NCBI GenBank assembly: GCA_965262645.1
Contig: CBDHFO010000017.1
Span: 1,016,582-1,080,581, forward strand
From: Candidatus Marinacidobacterium sp.
GTDB lineage: Bacteria; Acidobacteriota; Vicinamibacteria; Marinacidobacterales; Marinacidobacteraceae
Reading direction: 5' to 3'
DNA: 64,000 bases
Part shown: one piece after another, positions 55,318 through 62,037 of the stretch
Numbering within the stretch: the stretch's first letter is position 1
Layout of the letters: every line of letters begins with the position of its first letter
Translations under genes and position numbers: made by a program
Notes under the pieces: generated by a model
What the model saw: only the letters and a program-made list of their open reading frames with translations
What the model was told of the DNA's origin: nothing
Database searches by the model: none

Positions 55318-57212
55318 GGTGCGGGCGAGGGGGCGGCAAACGCTCCGGAGAGCGGGCGATTTTCGGGGGGGATGGTGGAAAGGAGGGCGGCCGGGATCCG
55401 CACCCGCTGGCGGAGCAGGCCCTGGGCAAGCGTCTTCCCCTGCGGATCGAGCAGCAGGCTGCGGGTTCCGCCGCCCCCGAGCGCCCGCTCCAGAATGAAA
55501 TTGAGCGCCCAGAGGCCCGGTACCTCGTAGCGCGTGACGGGCCCGTCGGTCACCTCCCGAACCCACTGCGCGACGACCGGCCCCGAGAGGTGCTCCCGGA
55601 GCCACTCATAGCAGGCGGCGCTCCGCCCGATGATCCCGATGTTGGCGGCGTCTCCCTTGTCCCCGCTCCGCGCGTGCGCCACCGCCCCGAGGGGCGCCTC
55701 GACGATGGGGCCGGACCCGGAAGCGTCAGGCGCCGGACGCCGGTCGGCGCGCGGCGGCCGGTTCCCGGGCGCGGGGGAGGTCGGGCCCTCGAAGGGCACG
55801 CGCTCTTCGGCGACCAGTTGCTCCGTTCCGCCGGCGGCCATCCGAATCACCGAAACCGTGGCCACCACCCGGTCCCGCGGGACGAGCGCCGGCCAGTAGC
55901 CGACCACTTCGGAAATCGCAGGCGCGCCGCCGGTGACGGCGAGGCCCGCCGGGCCGCTCAGGATGAAGCTCGGGAGCAGCTTGCGGAAGACCTTCAGCGG
56001 CTCCCGGGCCGGGCTCCAGGCGGCGAACCGGACGAGTCCCTCCGAGGGATCGAGGCGCGAGGTGTCGGCCAGGCCGCGCTGCGCCGCATCCGCCCCCGCG
56101 AGGTCCACCCGCAGCTCCAGCGGAAAAGGAACGCCCGCCGCTTCGCAGTCGGCCCCGAGCCGCTCCCGGAACGCGGTCTCGAGCGCCCCCGCCTTCTTTC
56201 GGACATCCGGGCCCCCGACCACCAGGCTGCCCCGCGCGCTGAAGCCGCCCCGGACCGAAGCGCTCACCTTGAGGTCGGGCGGAGGCGGCCCACCGCGGGC
56301 CCCCTCGACCAGCACCCGGTCCTCCCCGGCGACGGCGACGCCGAGTCCCGAAAAGTCCACGGTCGCGTCCGGGCAGAGATAGCACTCCGGATCTCCCAAT
56401 TCGTAGAGCAGTTGCTCCCGAGCCACCGCGGGAGATACCAGCCCTCCGGAGCCCGGCTGCTTCGTGAGCACGAACCGGCCGTCCTCTTCCACCTCGACGA
56501 CCGGAAAACCCTGCCTGCCCAGTCCCGGGACCCGTTCCCAGTCGGTGAAGTTCCCCCCGGTGGCCTGCACCCCGCACTCGATCAGGTGCCCGGCCACGAT
56601 GCCGCCCGCGATCCGGTCCCAGTCGTCGGGATCCCAGCCGAAGGCGTGCCGGATGGGTGCGAGCGTGATTCCGGTATCCGTGACCCGTCCGGTGACCACC
56701 ACGTCCGGCCGGTGGGCGAGGGCCCGGACGATCGGCTCGGCTCCGAAATAGGCGTTCGCCGACAGGACATCCGCGCGGTGCGGTGCGAACGCGGCGCCGG
56801 TTTCGAGGTTGTCGAAGCGGACCCCTTCGGCCAGCAGGGGGTCGAGCCGGTCCAGCAGGTCATCGCCTTCGACCACCGCGACCGTCAACCCGACTCCCGC
56901 TTGAACCGCCGCCCGGAGCACCGCCTGCGCGCAGCCCGTGGGGTTCACCCCTCCCGCGTTCGTGATCACCGTGATCCCGCGTTCCCGGATGGCCGGAAGC
57001 AGGGGGGCAATCTGGTCCACGAAATCACGGGCGTAGCCAGCGGAGGGATCCCGAGCGCGCTGCTTTTGCAGGATGCTCATCGTGATCTCGGCCAGAAAGT
57101 CCGCGGTCACGAACTCGGGCGGTTCCGGACCGAGCACCTGAGACCGGAGCGCCCGCGGGTCGTCTCCCCAGTACCCGCCGGCGTTGCCGACCCGAACGGT
57201 TCGCTTCCGCAT
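55314..57212 (-). CDS. atuA: AtuA-family protein (DUF1446, acyclic terpene utilisation)
   Basis: ATG 57210-12. MRKRTVRVGNAGGYWGDD..., VITNAGGVNP, GRVTDTG, GHLIECGVQATGGNF. Confidence 0.8.
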   Translation of the reverse strand: MRKRTVRVGNAGGYWGDDPRALRSQVLGPEPPEFVTADFLAEITMSILQKQRARDPSAGYARDFVDQIAPLLPAIRERGITVITNAGGVNPTGCAQAVLRAAVQAGVGLTVAVVEGDDLLDRLDPLLAEGVRFDNLETGAAFAPHRADVLSANAYFGAEPIVRALAHRPDVVVTGRVTDTGITLAPIRHAFGWDPDDWDRIAGGIVAGHLIECGVQATGGNFTDWERVPGLGRQGFPVVEVEEDGRFVLTKQPGSGGLVSPAVAREQLLYELGDPECYLCPDATVDFSGLGVAVAGEDRVLVEGARGGPPPPDLKVSASVRGGFSARGSLVVGGPDVRKKAGALETAFRERLGADCEAAGVPFPLELRVDLAGADAAQRGLADTSRLDPSEGLVRFAAWSPAREPLKVFRKLLPSFILSGPAGLAVTGGAPAISEVVGYWPALVPRDRVVATVSVIRMAAGGTEQLVAEERVPFEGPTSPAPGNRPPRADRRPAPDASGSGPIVEAPLGAVAHARSGDKGDAANIGIIGRSAACYEWLREHLSGPVVAQWVREVTDGPVTRYEVPGLWALNFILERALGGGGTRSLLLDPQGKTLAQGLLRQRVRIPAALLSTIPPENRPLSGAFAAPSPAP

Positions 57213-57252
57213 TGGCGGCTTCACGATGCCGGTGCCACTTCTTCCCGGACGC

Positions 57253-58860
57253 CTACATCCGGAAGATGCCGTGCCGGGACTCCGGCACGGGCGCATTCGC
57301 GGCGGCCGCCAGGCTCAGTGCGAGCGTCCGGCGGGTGTTCCGCATGTCCACCAAGCCGTCGTCCCAAAGGCGCGCCGTCGCGTAGTAGGGGCTGCCCTCG
57401 CGCTCGTACTTTTCGCGCACGGGGGCGGCAATCTCCTCGGCCTCGGCGCCTGTCAACCGCTCCCCGGCGCGCTCGCGCTGGTCGCGCTTCACCTGGACCA
57501 GGACGGAGGCGGCCTGTTCGCCGCCCATCACCGAAATGCGGCTCGAGGGCCACGACCAGACGAAGGTCGGATCGTAGGCGCGCCCGCACATGGCGTAGTT
57601 GCCCGCCCCGAAGCTTCCACCCGCGATCAGGGTGATCTTCGGGACCTCCGCGGTCGCCACCGCGTTCACCATCTTGGCCCCGTCCTTGGCGATCCCGCCC
57701 TGCTCGTAGCGCGCCCCGACCATGAACCCGGTGATGTCCTGGACGAAGAGCAGCGGCAAACCCTCGCGAGCGCAGAGCTGAACGAAGTGGGCGCCCTTCA
57801 GGCCGCTCTCGCTGAAGAGGACACCGTTACTGGCCACGACCCCGACGGTGATGCCTTCGATCCGGCCGAACCCCGTCACCAGCGTCGTGCCGTAGCGCGC
57901 CTTGAACTCATCGAGCCGGCTTCCGTCGAGCAGCCGGGCGAGGGTTTCGCGAATGTCCACCCGGACCCGGCGGTCCCGGGGCCAGATGCCCAGGATTTCC
58001 TCTTCCGGGTAGTCGGGTGGTTCGGGATCGGCGTCACGGATCGGCTCCCGGGACCCGATGGGCAGTCGGGCGACCGATTCGCGGAGAAGCCGGATCGCCG
58101 CGTGGTCATCCTCCGCAAGATGGTCGGCCACCCCGGAGCGTTCGGTGTGGACCCGGGCGCCTCCGAGTTCCTCGGGGCTCACCTCCTCGCCGGTCGCGGC
58201 CTTCACGAGCGGCGGACCGCCGAGGTAGATGGTCCCGGTGCCCGAGACGATCACCGCTTCGTCGCTCATCGCCGGGACGTAGGCGCCGCCCGCCGTGCAC
58301 ATGCCCATGACGGCCGCGAGCTGCGGAATGCCCCGGGCGCTCATCACCGCCTGGTTGCGGAAGATCCGCCCGAAGTGATCCCGGTCGGGGAAGACCTCGG
58401 CCTGGAGGGGCAGGAACGCTCCGCCGCTATCCACCAGATACACACACGGGAGCTCGCAGCGGGCCGCGATTTCCTGGGCGCGGAGGTGTTTTTTGACCGT
58501 CAGCGGGTAGTAGGTCCCACCCTTCACGGTGGCATCGTTCGCGACCACCATGACGAGGCGTCCCGAAATCGAAGCCACTCCCGCCACCAGACCGGCGGCC
58601 GGGGTGGGGGCGTCGTAGCACTCGTGGGCGGCGAGCGGCCCGACTTCGAGGAAGGGGGAACCCGGATCGGAGAGCCGTTCGATCCGCTCGCGGACAAAGA
58701 GCTTCCCCTGTTCCGCATGGCGCGCCCGTGCCCGGCCGCCGCCACCCTTGCGGGCTTCGGCCATCCGGGCCTGCAGGGTCTCTGAGAGCCGGCGGTTGTG
58801 GGCCTCGTTGGCCCGGAATTCGTCGGATTCCGTCGAGATGTGGGATTTGAGCCGGGCCAA
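57253..58860 (-). CDS. Acyl-CoA carboxylase carboxyltransferase (beta) subunit, methylcrotonyl/geranyl-CoA carboxylase-like
   Basis: 535 aa. ...[20 protein letters not shown]..., [17 protein letters not shown], two crotonase-like CT halves. Confidence 0.9.
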   Translation of the reverse strand: MARLKSHISTESDEFRANEAHNRRLSETLQARMAEARKGGGGRARARHAEQGKLFVRERIERLSDPGSPFLEVGPLAAHECYDAPTPAAGLVAGVASISGRLVMVVANDATVKGGTYYPLTVKKHLRAQEIAARCELPCVYLVDSGGAFLPLQAEVFPDRDHFGRIFRNQAVMSARGIPQLAAVMGMCTAGGAYVPAMSDEAVIVSGTGTIYLGGPPLVKAATGEEVSPEELGGARVHTERSGVADHLAEDDHAAIRLLRESVARLPIGSREPIRDADPEPPDYPEEEILGIWPRDRRVRVDIRETLARLLDGSRLDEFKARYGTTLVTGFGRIEGITVGVVASNGVLFSESGLKGAHFVQLCAREGLPLLFVQDITGFMVGARYEQGGIAKDGAKMVNAVATAEVPKITLIAGGSFGAGNYAMCGRAYDPTFVWSWPSSRISVMGGEQAASVLVQVKRDQRERAGERLTGAEAEEIAAPVREKYEREGSPYYATARLWDDGLVDMRNTRRTLALSLAAAANAPVPESRHGIFRM

Positions 58861-58898
58861 ACAGAGCTTCCTGAAACGGCATGATTCTAGTGAGGGCC

Positions 58899-58948
58899 GG
58901 AGCGCCGGTCTTCAGACCGGCATCGCGGCCGGAGGCCGCGAAACTCCC
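58899..58948 (+). repeat. REP-like double-hairpin element, copy c
   Basis: GGAGCGCCGGTCTTCAGACCGGCATCGCGGCCGGAGGCCGCGAAACTCCC. Confidence 0.8.
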
Positions 58949-59015
58949 TTGGTGAGCCTCTCCGATGGTCCGGATCCATCCGGGGACGGCGAAACGCACC
59001 CGGGCCATCTCCCGG

Positions 59016-59262
59016 CTACTGCTACTAGTAGCAGTCCCACCGACCTCGCCAGAGCTACTAGTTACAGTCCCACCGACCCCGCCAGAGCTACTAGTTACAG
59101 TCCGAAAACCGGCATATCGTCCCCAATTCGGAGCAGCAGACCCGGTTACTGCTACTAGTTACAGTCCCACCGACCCCGCCAGAGCTACTAGTTACAGTCC
59201 GAAAACCGGCGGATCGCCCTCGGTTCGGAGCAGCAGACCCGGTTACTGCTGCTAGTAGCACT
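59016..59262. repeat. CTAG-rich phased repeat array bounded by palindromes
   Basis: CTACTAGT(T/A)(A/G)CAG sites start at 59022, 59055, 59088, 59152, 59185 and 59249 (spacings 33, 33, 64, 33, 64). Perfect 16-bp palindrome CTGCTACTAGTAGCAG at 59019-59034; near-palindrome CTGCTGCTAGTAGCAC at 59246-59261. A 97-bp composite unit occurs twice (59055-59151, 59152-59248). Confidence 0.9.
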
Positions 59263-59316
59263 ACCGCGGCTGACGCCGGCTCCGCGCATAAACTCGCTCG
59301 TTTTGGAGGCTCGCCC

Positions 59317-60483
59317 ATGAACGCACTCCGTTCTTCCGTTGTTGCCGCCGTTGCCGCACTCTCAGTTGTCGTCTTCGCATCCTGCGGCGGCGCCGGCGCC
59401 GGCGACGTGGAAGGAGACCCGACCGACCCCATGACCGTCTTCGACGAGGCACTGAGCCACTTCGAGCGGGAGCCGCTCGCCCACCTGCCGACGCCGTTCG
59501 AGGAGATGCCGACCCTCGCCGCCGAACTCGGCGGGCCGCGTCTGTTCGTCAAGCGGGACGACCAGACCGGACTCGCCTTCGGCGGCAACAAGGCGCGAAA
59601 GCTCGACTTCATCCTCGCCGACGCGGTCGCCAAGGGCAGCGACAGCGTCATCACCTGGGCGGGCGTGCAGTCCAACTGGGCGCGGATGACCGCCGCCGGC
59701 TCCCGGCGGCTGGGGATGGATCCCATCCTCGTCCTGCAGCGGCGAGAGGATCAGTCGATCGCACCGGCGGACGGGAATTTGCTGCTCGACCGGATCCTGG
59801 GCGCGGACGTGCGCATCATCGAACCGGACGGAGACCGGGAAGCGATGGTCGCGGAGATCGCCGCCGCGGAACGTGAGTCCGGGCGGAATCCCTACGTCGT
59901 CTCGGTCGGCGGCTCCCTTACCGGGGGCTCCATGGAACTTCCGCTGGGATCCATCGCCTACGCGAACGGTTTCCGGGAGTTGCTCGCCCAGGCTCGCGAA
60001 GCCGGCGTGACGATCACCCATGTCATCCACGCCTCCGGCTCGGGCAGCACCCAGGCCGGACTCGTGGTCGGAGCCAAGGCGCTCGCCCCCGAGGTCCGGA
60101 TCATCGGGATCAGCACCGGCGGCAGCAAGGCCGCCGGTGAAGCGAACGTCCTTGCCATCGCCCGGGAGACGGTCGAGGCGATGGGACTCGACGTGGAGAT
60201 CGGGCCCGATGACGTGGTGGTCCACGACGAGTACTTTGGCGAGGGGTACGGAATCCTGAACCCGGGAGTCGTGGAAGCCATCGCGCTGACCGCCCGCGCC
60301 GAGGGCATCCTGCTCGATCCGGTCTATACCGGGAAGGCGATGACCGGACTGGCGGACCTCATTGAGAGCGGCCGCCTCAGCGCTGACGACACCGTCGTGT
60401 TCCTCCACACCGGCGGCACCCCGGCCCTCTTCCCGTATCGGGAGGGCCTACTGGAGGACCTGCCGGACCCGACTGACGAATGA
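59317..60483 (+). CDS. ACC deaminase / D-cysteine desulfhydrase-family PLP enzyme with lipoprotein signal peptide
   Basis: 388 aa. N-terminal AALSVVVFASCGG, PLP-lysine motif AFGGNKARKLDF, ...HASGSGSTQAGL..., LDPVYTGKAM. Confidence 0.85.
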   Translation: MNALRSSVVAAVAALSVVVFASCGGAGAGDVEGDPTDPMTVFDEALSHFEREPLAHLPTPFEEMPTLAAELGGPRLFVKRDDQTGLAFGGNKARKLDFILADAVAKGSDSVITWAGVQSNWARMTAAGSRRLGMDPILVLQRREDQSIAPADGNLLLDRILGADVRIIEPDGDREAMVAEIAAAERESGRNPYVVSVGGSLTGGSMELPLGSIAYANGFRELLAQAREAGVTITHVIHASGSGSTQAGLVVGAKALAPEVRIIGISTGGSKAAGEANVLAIARETVEAMGLDVEIGPDDVVVHDEYFGEGYGILNPGVVEAIALTARAEGILLDPVYTGKAMTGLADLIESGRLSADDTVVFLHTGGTPALFPYREGLLEDLPDPTDE

Positions 60484-60494
60484 CCCGCCCGGGA

Positions 60495-60545
60495 GGGACC
60501 GCCGGTCTTCAGACCGGCACCGCCGCCGCAGGCGGCGAAACTCCT
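60495..60545 (+). repeat. REP-like double-hairpin element, copy d
   Basis: GGGACCGCCGGTCTTCAGACCGGCACCGCCGCCGCAGGCGGCGAAACTCC. Confidence 0.8.
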
Positions 60546-60599
60546 GATCGAACGAACGGGATAAAGCGAGACGTCGTGGACGTCGATCTGGTTGACTAA
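60546..60599 (+). pseudogene. Possible 3' remnant of a higB (killer) toxin gene
   Basis: Reads ...LIERTGIKRDVVDVDLVD* ending 39 nt before higA. It resembles the ...G.A.DVEIVDYH* C-terminus of HigB-family toxins. Too short to be sure. Confidence 0.3.
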
Positions 60600-60638
60600 C
60601 ACTGACTTTGTTTCGGCTCACCCAGGAGAGACCCAAGG

Positions 60639-60953
60639 ATGACGAGAAAGAACCCGTCACACCCCGGTCTGTCGGTGCTGCATGACTGCATCAAGCCATT
60701 GGGGCTGACCGTCGCCGAAGCCGCAAAGAGGCTCGGAGTCAGCCGGAAGCAGCTATCTGCGCTGGTGAACTGCCGCGCGGGAATTTCTCCGACCATGGCG
60801 ATCCGACTCGACAAGGTGTTCGGCGGCGGCGCCGACGCCTGGTACCGATTGCAGGCGGACTACGACCTTGCTCGGGCGGTAGCCGCAGCAAAAGACCTTC
60901 AACTTGAGCGACTCTGGCCGAAGCCGGAGGATCCCGAGCAGGTCTCGGTGTAG
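60639..60953 (+). CDS. higA: HigA-family antitoxin (XRE-type HTH)
   Basis: 104 aa. HPGLSVLHDCIKPLGLTVAEAAKRLGVSRKQLSALVNCRAGISPTMAIRLDKVFGGGADAWYRLQADYDL. Confidence 0.85.
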   Translation: MTRKNPSHPGLSVLHDCIKPLGLTVAEAAKRLGVSRKQLSALVNCRAGISPTMAIRLDKVFGGGADAWYRLQADYDLARAVAAAKDLQLERLWPKPEDPEQVSV

Positions 60954-61046
60954 CGTCCCGCCCACGCCCGGCGTGTGCTCGGGCGACCGACGCACTCTCG
61001 TTCGGCGCGCCCACGCCATCGCCAACGCCCGGGAGGGCAAGGAGAC

Positions 61047-61390
61047 ATGAGTGTCAGCCAGGTGATGCAGGAGCCTCCCCACCCGGGCACGGTTGTCCTC
61101 CACGAGTGCATGGAGCCTCTTGGGCTCGGCGTCACCGAGACCGCAGCGAAGCTCGGGGTGAGTCGCAGTCAGCTTTCGGCGGTGGTAAACGGCCGCTCCG
61201 GGATCTCAGCGGAAATGGCGATTCGACTCAGCAAGGCATTTCAGTAAGGCGTTCGGGGGGAGCGCCGCGATGTAGGTGCGCCTTCAGGCGAACTACAACC
61301 TGTCCCAGGCAATGCAGCGAGTGGACGAGATCCAGGTGGAGCGCCTCTGGCCGGAGTCACCGGCGGCCGAACCGGTTTCCGCGGTAACCG
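61047..61390 (+). pseudogene. higA: Second HigA-family antitoxin, disrupted
   Basis: ATG 61047 (RBS AAGGAGA). [54 protein letters not shown], then TAA. Relative to higA-1 there is a 13-nt insertion (61233-61245) and a TAG (61273-75) where higA-1 has TAC. The C-terminal homology (LQANYNL...VERLWPE) continues in another frame. Confidence 0.65.
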
Positions 61391-61486
61391 CTCCCCTGCG
61401 CCTCGCCGGGGGCGAATCCCGATTCCCAGCGGGGATGAGGGCGACATTTCTGGGGGCGGCCCCGAACTCTGGTCAAACGGACGGAG

Positions 61487-61541
61487 CCATGGTCAATTCC
61501 GGACGGAGCCATGGTCAATTCGCGGGTAGCCATGGTCAATT
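61487..61541 (+). repeat. Iteron-like direct repeats, cluster A (3 copies)
   Basis: (G)AGCCATGGTCAATT at 61487, 61509 and 61530 (core CCATGGTCAATT). Spacing 22 and 21 bp. Confidence 0.85.
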
Positions 61542-61759
61542 CCACCGCGGCAGCCGGTTTCAGGCTCCAGTTCGCTTTCACCGAATCCAGATCCGAAATT
61601 CCAGGCAGGCCGGTCGACGCCCGGCTATTCCGGCCGGATGAGCCGGTTCCGGAACAGATTCGGAACCTTTACCGGCGGTTCCCCGGAGTCTGGCGCCTCT
61701 GGTCCGAAGGTGGCCGATCTGTTGCCTGCGGGCGGAAATCCGGTCCCTGCGGCCACGAG

Positions 61760-61832
61760 CCATGGTCATTTCGGCTCGGAGCCGTGGTCAATTGGGAAGC
61801 CATGGTCATTGCGCCGACAACCATGGTCATTG
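61760..61832 (+). repeat. Iteron-like direct repeats, cluster B (4 copies)
   Basis: CCATGGTCATTT 61760, CCGTGGTCAATT 61782, CCATGGTCATTG 61800, CCATGGTCATTG 61821. Same orientation as cluster A. Confidence 0.85.
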
Positions 61833-61880
61833 GCGAGGGTGCGGCACGCACGCTCGCATAGCGCAGCGTCATCGGCGCTG

Positions 61881-61923
61881 GTTTCGCGCTCCCGCGCGAT
61901 GCCGGTCGGAAGACCGGCGCTCC
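61881..61923 (-). repeat. REP-like double-hairpin element, copy e (inverted orientation)
   Basis: Reverse complement reads GGAGCGCCGGTCTTCCGACCGGCATCGCGCGGGAGCGCGAAAC. Confidence 0.75.
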
Positions 61924-62037
61924 CTGGCCTGCGCGCCACCCCGCCCACTGAGAGCACGCCAACACGGGAACCATCCGGGATTTCGGCGCTGCGCCGTCTC
62001 GCGGCCCCGCGGCTGTTCCTTCCCCGCGATACGTACC

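Noticed and set aside
59016-59262. The CTAG-rich array as a CRISPR array or as coding sequence.
   Set aside because: 33-bp units abut each other without spacers, the 64-bp units are themselves repeated, and TAG/TAA stops occur in all frames.
61468-61832. The iteron-like arrays as the chromosomal origin (oriC).
   Set aside because: The motif matches a DnaA box (TTATCCACA/TTGTCCACA) at only about 6 of 9 positions in reverse complement. No dnaA, dnaN, gyrB or parAB genes flank it.
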